DNA of 64,000 bases from Puniceicoccales bacterium (lineage in GTDB: Bacteria > Verrucomicrobiota > Verrucomicrobiia > Opitutales > UBA9783), in the NCBI GenBank assembly GCA_031266455.1, contig JAISBA010000012.1, forward strand, positions 1,151 to 65,150, in the 5' to 3' direction. Shown piece by piece: positions 8,959-18,087 of this stretch. Numbering within the stretch: position 1 is the first letter of the stretch; every line of letters begins with the position of its first letter. Below the pieces are notes generated by a model. It made no database searches. It saw only the letters and a list, made by a program, of their open reading frames with translations, and was not told where the DNA came from. The translations under genes and the position numbers were made by a program.

Positions 8959-9678
8959 ATGATTCGCACGAGTAAAAAGCAAATAATTTCAGAGAAAACG
9001 AGTGGGTTTGTATTGCTGTACGAATTATTTTTTAACCTATGCTTACCGACGCTTATACTCATCAAAGGATGTACCTGGTTAGGTTTATCACCCAAATGTG
9101 GTGTTATATTGGCAATGGCTTGCCCATTTTCTTATGGATTGTTGGAATGGGTTAAAGAAGGCCGTTTTAATTGGATTTCTTTTTTGGGCCTAATCAGCAT
9201 TTCCGTTAAAGGAAGCATTGGATTATTCGAATATTCTAATCAATGGCTTGCATTAAATGAAGCTTTGCTCCCGGGGGTATTGGGTGTAACGATTTTTCTA
9301 TTGAGACTCACGAAACGTCCTCCATTTTTGACAAAAATTCTGCTGAATGAACAATTTTGTCACGTGGAAAAAATCCTAACAACGCTCAATCAACTGGGGA
9401 ATTTTTCAAAATTAATGCATAAAATTTACTTGTACGAGTGGATCTTGGCATTTTTATTCTTCATGAGTTCTTTTTTAAACTTTGCACTGGCTAGGTATTT
9501 GGTCATACATCCGGCAGGAAGTACGGAATTTAACCATGAACTCGGATTGTTAACGGGGTGGAGTTTTGTCATTATTGCGGTTCCCGCTACGGTGGGCTTA
9601 CTGCTCATCGTATGGCAATTTTTTGTACATGTTCAACGTTTTTCTCAATTGTCGTGGAACGAAATCCTAAAAACATGA
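8959..9678 (+). CDS. Multi-pass inner-membrane protein of unknown function
   Basis: 239 aa with several hydrophobic helices. Its stop overlaps the next start (ATGA at 9675-9678). Confidence 0.5.
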   Translation: MIRTSKKQIISEKTSGFVLLYELFFNLCLPTLILIKGCTWLGLSPKCGVILAMACPFSYGLLEWVKEGRFNWISFLGLISISVKGSIGLFEYSNQWLALNEALLPGVLGVTIFLLRLTKRPPFLTKILLNEQFCHVEKILTTLNQLGNFSKLMHKIYLYEWILAFLFFMSSFLNFALARYLVIHPAGSTEFNHELGLLTGWSFVIIAVPATVGLLLIVWQFFVHVQRFSQLSWNEILKT

Positions 9679-10355
9679 CCCATCGAAGGAAAAGTTTTTC
9701 AGGGTTTTCTCTGTTAGAACTTTTAACGGTTTTAACCATCATCAGCGTTTTTATGGGACTTCTATTTCCCATTGGAGAAAAATTTGTAAGCAAAAGTCGA
9801 CGCATGGCCGACGCAACGCATTTGCGGCAATTGGCTTTGGCTTACTTGGATTATATTTCTGAAGATGAAAACAACTTTCAAAAATTTAACCGGGTGAAAA
9901 ACGCTTACGATTGGGCCAATTTATTGGCTCAATCGGGTTACATTAATGATCCGCATCTGTACGTGGCGCAGCAAGATCCCGAACTATCTCGTGTACAAGA
10001 ATTTCCATTACAAATAGTAGCCGATTCCAAGCCAGACCCCGGGATGCATGATACAGCTTTTAGGAAATTACCCATCAGTTGGATATTTATAACGGGCATT
10101 CCGCGCAATGCGCCTCTGCATACAACACCGCTAGCATATTCGCGGGGTCTTAAAATTTCTACCGGGCATTGGGACAAAAATAGCGTGTACGGACCGCAAG
10201 GTGGTTTTGTCGTTTTTTTAGATGGGCACGTTAAGTTTTTCTCCTCTCTAGAGAATCGGCTCATTGATTACAAAACCGGCCAGGCAACCAGCTACATTCG
10301 GCAAGCTGTTCCGGAATTTTCCCACGCCTATGACGGGCATGGACGTGTTTGGTAG
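9675..10355 (+). CDS. Prepilin-type N-terminal cleavage/methylation protein with C-terminal DGHV (H-X9-DG/DUF1559-like) motif
   Basis: G|FSLLELLTVLTIISV prepilin motif and VVFLDGHVKFF near the C-terminus. Start trimmed to the ATG at 9675 (the track ORF starts at 9558 inside the upstream gene). Confidence 0.7.
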   Translation: MTHRRKSFSGFSLLELLTVLTIISVFMGLLFPIGEKFVSKSRRMADATHLRQLALAYLDYISEDENNFQKFNRVKNAYDWANLLAQSGYINDPHLYVAQQDPELSRVQEFPLQIVADSKPDPGMHDTAFRKLPISWIFITGIPRNAPLHTTPLAYSRGLKISTGHWDKNSVYGPQGGFVVFLDGHVKFFSSLENRLIDYKTGQATSYIRQAVPEFSHAYDGHGRVW

Positions 10356-10425
10356 AGCGCGTAACCTCCATGCAATGTCGAAAAATGCCGTAACCTAAAG
10401 AAATTCGTGTAGGGAAAAAGTAGTG

Positions 10426-10914
10426 CTATAAATTACAGCTTTTTAAAAACCATCGTCTCTGTATCCAAATCAAGATGTGCGTGGTATAAAACAGAAAAAT
10501 GGACGAAATAATTAAACTTGGCCATTGATATCCTAAAGTTTTCAGCGGTGCTTTTTGATAGCCTATAATGCCCAATAAGAGAAAAATTTGTAAACAAATA
10601 TTAAGGATAACAACAAAGCGGTGTGGGTGGTGTAAGCATGTATTTTGGACGCAATTTTGTTTTAAACAGACAAAACTAGTGCATAGGAGGCATGCCGAAA
10701 TTCCAAAAGGCTGGCTGTAGGTATCCGCATCCAGGTACAAGCCAAGCAAAATCGTTACCGGAATGCCATTGCAGAGTGATAATCTGTAAACGGCCGATGT
10801 AACAAACCATCCGTCTATAAAAAGATAGATGTTCATTGTTTCTGAAATCCACATACATATCGTATGGACGAGTAAGTTTAAAATTAAATAAGAAAATATG
10901 GGATACCATTTCAT
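10426..10914 (-). CDS. mreD: Rod shape-determining protein MreD
   Basis: Hydrophobic protein of about 160 aa immediately after mreC, with its ATG overlapping the mreC stop (ATGA at 10911-10914). Called from position and topology. Confidence 0.6.
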   Translation of the reverse strand: MKWYPIFSYLILNLLVHTICMWISETMNIYLFIDGWFVTSAVYRLSLCNGIPVTILLGLYLDADTYSQPFGISACLLCTSFVCLKQNCVQNTCLHHPHRFVVILNICLQIFLLLGIIGYQKAPLKTLGYQWPSLIISSIFLFYTTHILIWIQRRWFLKSCNL

Positions 10915-11720
10915 GATTCGGGCACAATGGGTATGAGAACGCTTACCTCTTCCAGCCACATTAGGTAGTTGCCCAATTGAACTTTCCCAAGCCAATCTTT
11001 TTTCCTCGTAACTTTGGTCAGATGACCTACAAATATGTTGGCCGGAAATTGTTGTCCCAATGAGGTGGTAACAATTTTGCGAGGTTCCGTACAAGGTCCC
11101 TTCAAATTGAGTAAATGAGCTCTTTTGGGCGAAAAGGGGAGATTATAGGTTCCCTGGAGCAGGAGAGGTTCTTTCTTATCTTCAAAGTGCACCAATAGAC
11201 GAAATTTTGGATTCGAAACAAGTTCGACAGCGGAACTATTCGCGTAGACTTCGGCAATGCGTCCCACAATCCCTTGTGAACAGATGACGCCTTGACCCAC
11301 TTGAATACCGTCACCCATACCGCGGTTAATAACGAGATATTGAGCCCAGGTATTCGCATGACGTCTGCACACACGCGCAACCAGATATTGAAATTTTTCT
11401 GAGGAAGGTAACTTATTTAAGCGTAAAATTTGCTGGCAATGGCGTACTTGTTCCGACTGTTCCAATAGTTTTAATTTTAAAAAAGCATTTTCTCTCGCCA
11501 AATCTCGGCAGTAGGTCATTAGTTTAAGTTTTGATTCTGAACGCAGGGCCCAAAAATTTTGCAAACGTCTTAGCGCTGTAATTCCGGTTTGTGCTGGGGC
11601 ATGTATTTCAAAAAACCAACAATTTAGACGTTTTCTAATGCTTATGGGAACAATAATACAACCTACTATCCAAAAAATGAGGACGCATACGATAAATTTG
11701 CCGACAATACGTGTTCGCAA
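10911..11720 (-). CDS. mreC: Rod shape-determining protein MreC
   Basis: N-terminal TM helix, a coiled-coil segment (ENAFLKLKLLEQ), and beta-rich GQGVICSQGIVGRIAEVYANSSAVELV typical of MreC. TTG start 4 nt after the mreB stop. Confidence 0.8.
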   Translation of the reverse strand: MRTRIVGKFIVCVLIFWIVGCIIVPISIRKRLNCWFFEIHAPAQTGITALRRLQNFWALRSESKLKLMTYCRDLARENAFLKLKLLEQSEQVRHCQQILRLNKLPSSEKFQYLVARVCRRHANTWAQYLVINRGMGDGIQVGQGVICSQGIVGRIAEVYANSSAVELVSNPKFRLLVHFEDKKEPLLLQGTYNLPFSPKRAHLLNLKGPCTEPRKIVTTSLGQQFPANIFVGHLTKVTRKKDWLGKVQLGNYLMWLEEVSVLIPIVPES

Positions 11721-11724
11721 AGGA

Positions 11725-12750
11725 TTAATATTCTTCGTTTAACCAGAATGTTAAATTGTGCAAAACAGCTCCTGTCCCGTTGGCTACGGCTCGTAATGGA
11801 TCGTCCGCTAGGGTAATGGGCAAATGGGTTGCATCGCCAATCATTTTGTCTAAATTCCGTACCAAAGATCCGCCTCCTGCCAAAACAATCCCTCTATCCA
11901 CTAAATCGGCAGCCAATTCAGGCGGACAGCGATCCAAAGCTTGTCGTACAACTTCAATAATGGCCGTTAGGGCGTCGCAAAGCGCTTCTCGAATTTCTAC
12001 CGACGAAACAATAACCGTTCGCGGAAGACCCGCAATGGTATCGCGTCCTTTGACCTCTAAAGTAAGTTCTTCTTCGAGGGGTGCTGCAGAACCGATGGCA
12101 ATTTTTATGTCTTCGGCCATGCGCTCTCCAATCATCAGGTTGTAAGACTTTTTCAAATGATTGATGATGGACAAATCCATTTCATCTCCGCCTACGCGCA
12201 AGCTTTTGGCAAAGACAATACCCGATAATGAAATAATGGCTACCTCCGTAGTCCCTCCTCCGATATCAACAATCATGTTGGCGGCAGGTTCATCGATGGA
12301 CAATCCCACTCCTATGGCTGCGGCCATGGGCTCTTGCAATAATAAAACCTCTCTTGCACCCGCATGGATGGCCGATTCTTTTACGGCACGGCGTTCGACT
12401 TCCGTGATGCCTGATGGGACTGCAATTACAACGCGAGGTGGCACAAAGCGATTATTACGACATACTTTATTAATGAAATAGCGTAGCATGGCTTCCGTGA
12501 CCTCGAAGTCGGCAATCACTCCATCCTTCATGGGACGCAAGGCAGTAATATTTCCCGGTGTACGCCCCAACATTTTTTTTGCCTCGAGACCAACAGCACG
12601 CACTTTTCGCGTTTTGTTATAAATGGCAACAACACTGGGTTCACTCAGGACCACCCCTCGATCCTTGACAAATACAAGCGTATTGGCAGTTCCCAAATCA
12701 ATGCCTATGTCGTGAGAGAAAAACGAAAATAACTTGCCAAGTATCGACAT
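11725..12750 (-). CDS. mreB: Rod shape-determining protein MreB
   Basis: DIGIDLGTANTLV, DIGGGTTEVA and VLAGGGSLVRNLD are actin-fold motifs. 341 aa. Confidence 0.95.
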   Translation of the reverse strand: MSILGKLFSFFSHDIGIDLGTANTLVFVKDRGVVLSEPSVVAIYNKTRKVRAVGLEAKKMLGRTPGNITALRPMKDGVIADFEVTEAMLRYFINKVCRNNRFVPPRVVIAVPSGITEVERRAVKESAIHAGAREVLLLQEPMAAAIGVGLSIDEPAANMIVDIGGGTTEVAIISLSGIVFAKSLRVGGDEMDLSIINHLKKSYNLMIGERMAEDIKIAIGSAAPLEEELTLEVKGRDTIAGLPRTVIVSSVEIREALCDALTAIIEVVRQALDRCPPELAADLVDRGIVLAGGGSLVRNLDKMIGDATHLPITLADDPLRAVANGTGAVLHNLTFWLNEEY

Positions 12751-12860
12751 ATTTGCTTAATTTTCTAGATAAAATTGAGGCACTTTAATTTGTACGTGAT
12801 AGATACACTAAGCGCTTTACCGTAAAGATAAAGAACTTTTAATCAAAAAATTTAAAAGGT

Positions 12861-15137
12861 ATGGAAACAAGCTATTTAATTCAAGATCTGGCGGCCGTAG
12901 TGGTGGGAGCAAGTGTCGTATCCATTATCTTTTCCATGTTGAAATGGCCCAGTATTTTAGGATATTTGCTCACGGGCTTACTGATTGGTCCGCATTTAAG
13001 CCCCGATGTTTTTATACACGATAAGATAAGTGTTCAAGAAATTAGCGAATTGGGTGTTATTTTCTTGATGTTTTGCATCGGACTTGAGTTCGATTTGAAA
13101 AAATTACAACAGACACTTTTCCCATGTTTGTTGGCCATGTTTCTTCAAGTGGTTTTGGCTTTTTTCATCGGAGCCCTGATGGCACGTTTTTTGGGATGGA
13201 CGGCATTGGAGGGAACCTTTTTGGGGGCCGTATGCGCCATTAGTTCCAGTATGGTTGCCATACCCATCTTGAGACAAAAAAATGCTCTCAGGAAAAGTTT
13301 TGCACAATTTACAATCGGTATTGCCATTCTAGAAGATATCTTTGCAGTTGTCTTACTCGTTATTTTTTCCAATGCCGGGCAAGGCCGTTTTAATTGGAAT
13401 CAATGTTTAAGCTTAATTTTTTGGATGACCTCCTTTATTGCCAGTATGCTGGTATTAGGACGTCTGTTTGCCCAAAGGTTTTTAAAAATACTGACCAATA
13501 TCCACAGTGAAGAAATTATCCACGTATGCGTTGTGGGACTCATTTTACTCTTGAGCGAACTGTTTCATTCTTATTCGAACGCTTTGGGTGCTTTTTTGGC
13601 GGGTGCCATTTTTTCAAGTACACACATCACAAGCCGCCTTGAAACGATGATTGCCCCCATTCGTGATGTATTTACGGCCATTTTCTTTGTGTCCATAGGC
13701 ATGTTGATTGAACCCAAGCTTTTATGGGATCAAAAGTTTACCATCTTATGTTTGTCGGTCATCGTTGTCGCCGGACAAATGGCAAGCGTATGGTTAGGTT
13801 TTTTCTTGAGCGGTCAAACCAGTTCCAATGCATTTAGAGCCGCTTTGCCCAAATCGCAAATAGGAGAATTCAGTTTTGTTATCGCCGCATTGGCTCAAAA
13901 ATTGGGAGTCGCCGATGGCAACCTAATGGCTATTACGGTAGGTACGGCGTTGTTTACCATTATATTTGTTAATATTTTATCGGCAAAGGAAGACGATTGC
14001 CTACAGTTTTTTGACAAAGTGATTCCTTGTAGTTTAAAATCTTGGAGTTCACTGTATCAAAACGTGTTGGTATCCATTCAAAACCATTTATCCAAAAGTC
14101 ATTTTTTAGTTATTGTAAAAAAGCCGCTTCTAAAAATTTCCATCCATTTCTTTATCATTAATGTAATTGTTTGGTGCAATGCTTGGCTGTGTAATTTTAT
14201 TGGACACTACGCGTGGCCTTACCTCATTTGGATTCAGCGAGGCCTGTCCATGTTTGCTTTGTTGTTGGCATTGCCATTTATGAGTAGTATGGTTAGAAAT
14301 TTAAATCTAATCATATTAAACATCTGCAAACGCACTTTAAAAGGCATATTTCAGCGCATGAATCATCACCCTGCGATGTATCAGATTTTTCAACTGCTGG
14401 TGATTACCATTGCCACCTTGGTTTTTGCCTGGTTGTTTTTAACGGCTTCGGCACAATTTATACCCATTTATATGCCTATCTTAATGCTTGTTATAGTAGG
14501 TGTTATTATTGGTTTTGCCTTCTGGCGCCAATTTCGGAAAATTAATTCTCAAATTGAATGGATGTTTTTGGAGAGTTTTAAAAGTGAATTGGAATCTAAT
14601 AACGAAAAACGTAAGCGAGCCATGGCAAAAATCATTACCCAGAAACATCCATGGGATGTGCAAATCAACACCGTCGTTCTCAATGCTAATTCTCACGTTG
14701 TTGGACAACATTTATCGGAGACACATTTGCGTAACCAAACGGGTGCAACGCTTCTGGGCATTAGTCGCAGTGGTTTTTTAGCGTACGAGGTCAATCCAAG
14801 TATGATTTTTTTCCCGGAAGATAATTTAGTCCTCTTGGGCAGTGAATCTCAATTACAGGCAGCGGCAACTTTTCTTAATCAGCCTCAGACGTGTGAAGAA
14901 GAATTTGTACATAACGGGTTCGATCTTGAACAAATTGTCATTACCAATGGCCACCCTTGGGCCAATGAAACGATGGAAAGTGTGGATGTTAGAAAACGTT
15001 TTGGTGTCAATGTGATTGGTATTCAACGCAATGAACAACGTATCGATACGCTGCAAGCCAGCGACATTTTTAAAATTGGAGATATCGTGTGGATTGTGGG
15101 ACATCCCGATTACATTCGACCTCTAAAGTTAAGTTGA
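12861..15137 (+). CDS. Cation:proton antiporter (CPA2 family) with extra membrane segment and two C-terminal TrkA-C (RCK_C) domains
   Basis: N-terminal Na+/H+-exchanger-like helices (GYLLTGLLIGPH), further TM helices around aa 400-560, then two RCK_C-like repeats (VLNANSHVVGQHL...; VITNGHPWANETM...). Confidence 0.85.
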   Translation: METSYLIQDLAAVVVGASVVSIIFSMLKWPSILGYLLTGLLIGPHLSPDVFIHDKISVQEISELGVIFLMFCIGLEFDLKKLQQTLFPCLLAMFLQVVLAFFIGALMARFLGWTALEGTFLGAVCAISSSMVAIPILRQKNALRKSFAQFTIGIAILEDIFAVVLLVIFSNAGQGRFNWNQCLSLIFWMTSFIASMLVLGRLFAQRFLKILTNIHSEEIIHVCVVGLILLLSELFHSYSNALGAFLAGAIFSSTHITSRLETMIAPIRDVFTAIFFVSIGMLIEPKLLWDQKFTILCLSVIVVAGQMASVWLGFFLSGQTSSNAFRAALPKSQIGEFSFVIAALAQKLGVADGNLMAITVGTALFTIIFVNILSAKEDDCLQFFDKVIPCSLKSWSSLYQNVLVSIQNHLSKSHFLVIVKKPLLKISIHFFIINVIVWCNAWLCNFIGHYAWPYLIWIQRGLSMFALLLALPFMSSMVRNLNLIILNICKRTLKGIFQRMNHHPAMYQIFQLLVITIATLVFAWLFLTASAQFIPIYMPILMLVIVGVIIGFAFWRQFRKINSQIEWMFLESFKSELESNNEKRKRAMAKIITQKHPWDVQINTVVLNANSHVVGQHLSETHLRNQTGATLLGISRSGFLAYEVNPSMIFFPEDNLVLLGSESQLQAAATFLNQPQTCEEEFVHNGFDLEQIVITNGHPWANETMESVDVRKRFGVNVIGIQRNEQRIDTLQASDIFKIGDIVWIVGHPDYIRPLKLS

Positions 15138-15149
15138 GAAAATTGGCTT

Positions 15150-15962
15150 ATGCGGCTCACCAAGTATTGCGCTTTGGGAAATGACTACTGGATTGTGGAT
15201 CCTGTTGAAAAGAAGCGTCTTTCCATCAAAGCAGTCCAATTCCTTTGTCATCGGCACCAAGGGTTAGGAGGAGATGGTGTTTTACAAGGGCCCCTGTTGG
15301 TAGGTGAAAGTTTTTATGGGTTAAAAATCTGGAATGCCGATGGAAGTTCTGCCGCAACAAGTGGCAATGGGCTCACTATTTTTGCACGATACCTGGCCGA
15401 TCAATATTTAGACAAAGACACGGCTCAAATTACTCTGATGCCGTCAAAATTTTGCCAGGTTGCGTGTCAAATTACGCCGCATTACGTTGAGCTTCAATTG
15501 GGATTGGCAACCTTACGTTCAAAAAAACTTTACGAAGTCCCCAAAAGCATAAAAAGTACGTTTGATCTACCCGACGTATTGCCTTTATTTGAGGTGGATG
15601 TGGGCAACCCCCATTGCGTTATTCCCATAAAAAAGCTTTCTCCTGCATTGGCAAAGACTCTAGGACCTTTATTGGAAAGGCATCCTTGGTTTCCTGACAA
15701 AACAAACGTCCAATTTGTCCATTTTTATAAGCAAAATCGAGGCAGGATGGAAATTTGGGAAAGAGGCTCGGGATATACGCTGGGATCAGGCTCTAGCGCG
15801 TGTGCTGTTGCTTTCATTTATGGCTTATTATTTGATCTCATAACTTATTCGGTCTGCTTAACGATGCCAGGGGGAAAGCTTCAGGTAAATTGCAACCGTG
15901 GTTACTGTTCTTTCCGCAATCAAGCCCATCGCGTGATTGAAATCGAAACGGCCTATTTATAG
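15150..15962 (+). CDS. Diaminopimelate epimerase homologue with Ser at both expected catalytic Cys positions
   Basis: ALGNDYWIVD, NADGSSAATSGNG, VDVGNPHCVI and WERGSGYTLGSGSSACA align to DapF motifs. SGNG replaces CGNG and GSGSS replaces ACGSG, judged against my recollection of E. coli DapF. Confidence 0.75.
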   Translation: MRLTKYCALGNDYWIVDPVEKKRLSIKAVQFLCHRHQGLGGDGVLQGPLLVGESFYGLKIWNADGSSAATSGNGLTIFARYLADQYLDKDTAQITLMPSKFCQVACQITPHYVELQLGLATLRSKKLYEVPKSIKSTFDLPDVLPLFEVDVGNPHCVIPIKKLSPALAKTLGPLLERHPWFPDKTNVQFVHFYKQNRGRMEIWERGSGYTLGSGSSACAVAFIYGLLFDLITYSVCLTMPGGKLQVNCNRGYCSFRNQAHRVIEIETAYL

Positions 15963-15980
15963 TACCTACATGAAAATCCT

Positions 15981-16005
15981 ATGCCGTATGTGGGTCGGCA
16001 TTTTT
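15981..16005 (+). terminator. Possible intrinsic terminator after the dapF-like gene
   Basis: ATGCCG / CGGCAT 6-bp stem with a 9-nt loop, followed by TTTT. Confidence 0.35.
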
Positions 16006-16089
16006 CGATTTACCTGAAGGTAGGGAATAGATATGCGCTCTTTGGGGTACAACAGGGATTCTTCAATAAGAGGTAGTTTTTACCATTGA

Positions 16090-17211
16090 CTACAATATCC
16101 ATTGGTAAGGACAACGAGATAAAAGTTGGCAACCCGTCGAAGTAACCTGGACAACGTCTTCGATGCGAACGCCTCCTAACTCATGAAAATAGAGGCCAGG
16201 TTCAACCGTAAACACCATATTAGGTTCCAGTAGGACAGAATTGATACCCACAGAAGGATATTCGTGCAACCCCAACCCGAGTCCATGTCCAACGCTGTGA
16301 ATAAAACCCTCGCAAATACCCTTCGTCTTCCGCAGGCCAAAACCCTTCTGCTCGAAGTAATTTTGTGCAAACTGCATTAGGTCTTTGGTATTGACTCCGG
16401 GCCGAATACGTCTAATGAGTTCCTTTTGGCAAGCTTGGACGCACAAAAATAGCCGCTTCTGTCGTAGGGAGGCAACACCTTTTAGAAAAGTTCTCGTCAT
16501 ATCTCCATAATAACCGCTTGGATTCAATTGAGGAAAAACATCTATTACGATGAATTCATTCGCGCGCAATGGGCCCGTACCTTCGCAGTGAGGATCGGCT
16601 GCCTGTTGGGAACAACTGACAATCGTTCCCGCGCAATGTCCTCCTTTTTTTAAGCAATAGCATTCGATGGCACTGCGCAATCGTTCGGAAGTTAATACTT
16701 TTCTCCGATAATATAAAAAAGGTTGGGAGGTATCCGTACAACTTTTCTTTAGGATAGTACGTGCGTACAAAATGGCTTGGCTTGTCAATTGACAGGCGGT
16801 TTTGATTTGTTCCACTTCGGATGCAGACTTGAACTGGCGTTGTGTCTGAAAATAGACGGCATCAAATTTTATGGGAACAAGCTTTCTTAAAGTTTCATAT
16901 AAATGGGCAGGAAAATCGTCTGGAATGGTAAAGGAAGAAATCTGGTACGCTTTTTGCAGATGCAAAATAATTTTACAGCAATTGTTTTCAACCGCTTGAT
17001 CCACAGCTGCCTGCAACACATCCGACCACAATAAAACTTCGGAAAATGTGCTACCTTTTTTGCATCGCCCGTATTCCAATGTAGAAACGACGGCGATGGT
17101 TTTTTCATTTATCTTAAGCGCGAGAAATGGATCTGGAGCCCTAAAGTGCCCCCAGTAGAATAAATTTGGTTCTCGATCTGAAGACGCGTAAATAAGGTAA
17201 GCTTCGACCAT
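16090..17211 (-). CDS. M24-family Xaa-Pro aminopeptidase
   Basis: HSVGHGLGLGLHEYP, VFTVEPGLYF and GGVRIEDVV are M24B metal-ligand motifs. Confidence 0.85.
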   Translation of the reverse strand: MVEAYLIYASSDREPNLFYWGHFRAPDPFLALKINEKTIAVVSTLEYGRCKKGSTFSEVLLWSDVLQAAVDQAVENNCCKIILHLQKAYQISSFTIPDDFPAHLYETLRKLVPIKFDAVYFQTQRQFKSASEVEQIKTACQLTSQAILYARTILKKSCTDTSQPFLYYRRKVLTSERLRSAIECYCLKKGGHCAGTIVSCSQQAADPHCEGTGPLRANEFIVIDVFPQLNPSGYYGDMTRTFLKGVASLRQKRLFLCVQACQKELIRRIRPGVNTKDLMQFAQNYFEQKGFGLRKTKGICEGFIHSVGHGLGLGLHEYPSVGINSVLLEPNMVFTVEPGLYFHELGGVRIEDVVQVTSTGCQLLSRCPYQWIL

Positions 17212-17330
17212 GTAATTTTAGGGTATCGGTTATGGGAAGAAATGCAAGTCGTGTTATGGTAAATAGAATGCAACGCTGCCACTGGTTTCAACGGATGATT
17301 GTAAAGCACGTATTCTATGACTTACAATGG

Positions 17331-17801
17331 TTAGATTTTATTTCTTCGGATGGAGGTTAAAATGAAAAATGTACAAGCGAGACACAGGTAGGCGTCGGCT
17401 AAATTGAAACAAGGCCAATGGTAATTTTTGTAATGAAAGTCTAAAAAGTCTATGACACCCGAACGATAGAATCGGTCTATCGAATTTCCTATAATCCCTC
17501 CAAGAGCACCACCGAAAGCAAGTTTTACCATGCAATTGGGCAAAGCCATTTTAGACATACAGAGGCACAATCCTACGGTAGCCGCAACACCGCAATAGGC
17601 TAATACATGTGAAGTATTTTGGAAAATTCCCCACACAGATCCCGTATTGATAACGTAGCAGATGGAGAATATATGAGGTATAATGACGTAGGGTTCATTG
17701 ATTGGAAAATACTTTGCAATACTTATTTTACTAAATTGATCAAAAAAAACCAACAACAGGGTCCATAAAAAAACATAGATGTTATTTTGAAAGCCTTTCA
17801 T
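17331..17801 (-). CDS. lspA: Lipoprotein signal peptidase (signal peptidase II)
   Basis: GGALGGIIGNSIDR...GVIDFLDF....WPCFNLADA are characteristic LspA motifs. Four TM helices. Confidence 0.85.
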   Translation of the reverse strand: MKGFQNNIYVFLWTLLLVFFDQFSKISIAKYFPINEPYVIIPHIFSICYVINTGSVWGIFQNTSHVLAYCGVAATVGLCLCMSKMALPNCMVKLAFGGALGGIIGNSIDRFYRSGVIDFLDFHYKNYHWPCFNLADAYLCLACTFFILTSIRRNKI

Positions 17802-17880
17802 GATTCAACGTTATTTGCTCTCCATAAGACAAAATAAACCCTACTTGTAAGTATTGGCTTCATAAAAAATAAAAAACTCA

Positions 17881-17955
17881 TGGCGCTCTCGTCGGGACTC
17901 GAACCCGAATTTCTGGCTTCGGAGGCCAACGCTCTATCCATTGAACTACGAGAGC
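17881..17955 (-). tRNA. tRNA-Arg (anticodon CCG)
   Basis: Reverse complement GCTCTCGTAGTTCAATGGATAGAGC...CTCCGAA loop...GGTTCGAGTCCCGACGAGAGCGCCA. Confidence 0.9.
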
Positions 17956-18061
17956 TAAGACTTTCTAAATACACTATGGGAGCTCATGCTTTACAACCTT
18001 AATTTGGTGGTTTATTAAAATTCCAAAATAGAGCAATTTCAAATAAACCTCCTAATATTCC

Positions 18062-18085
18062 CTTAAAAGATTTTATGCTTTTAAG
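18062..18085 (-). terminator. AT-rich hairpin 3 nt after the batE-like stop (weak terminator candidate)
   Basis: CTTAAAAG / CTTTTAAG 8-bp inverted repeat with an 8-nt loop. No clear U-tract on the minus strand. Confidence 0.25.
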
Positions 18086-18087
18086 TC

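Noticed and set aside
9558-9674. N-terminal extension of the pseudopilin ORF given in the track
   Set aside because: It lies entirely inside the upstream membrane-protein gene. The prepilin leader begins at the ATG at 9675, which forms an ATGA overlap with the upstream stop.
10915-11094. 60-codon N-terminal extension of the mreD ORF
   Set aside because: It overlaps the mreC coding region in another frame. The internal ATG at 10914 gives an MreD-sized hydrophobic protein coupled to the mreC stop.
11756-12481. Two plus-strand ORFs (129 and 106 aa) inside mreB
   Set aside because: They are antisense shadow frames of a highly conserved gene, with Ser/Pro/Ala/Thr-rich nonsense composition.
12815-12827. 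CTTTAC-C-GTAAAG palindrome in the mreB/antiporter divergent region
   Set aside because: It is a single 6-bp-arm inverted repeat in AT-rich DNA and is expected by chance. No second copy was seen.
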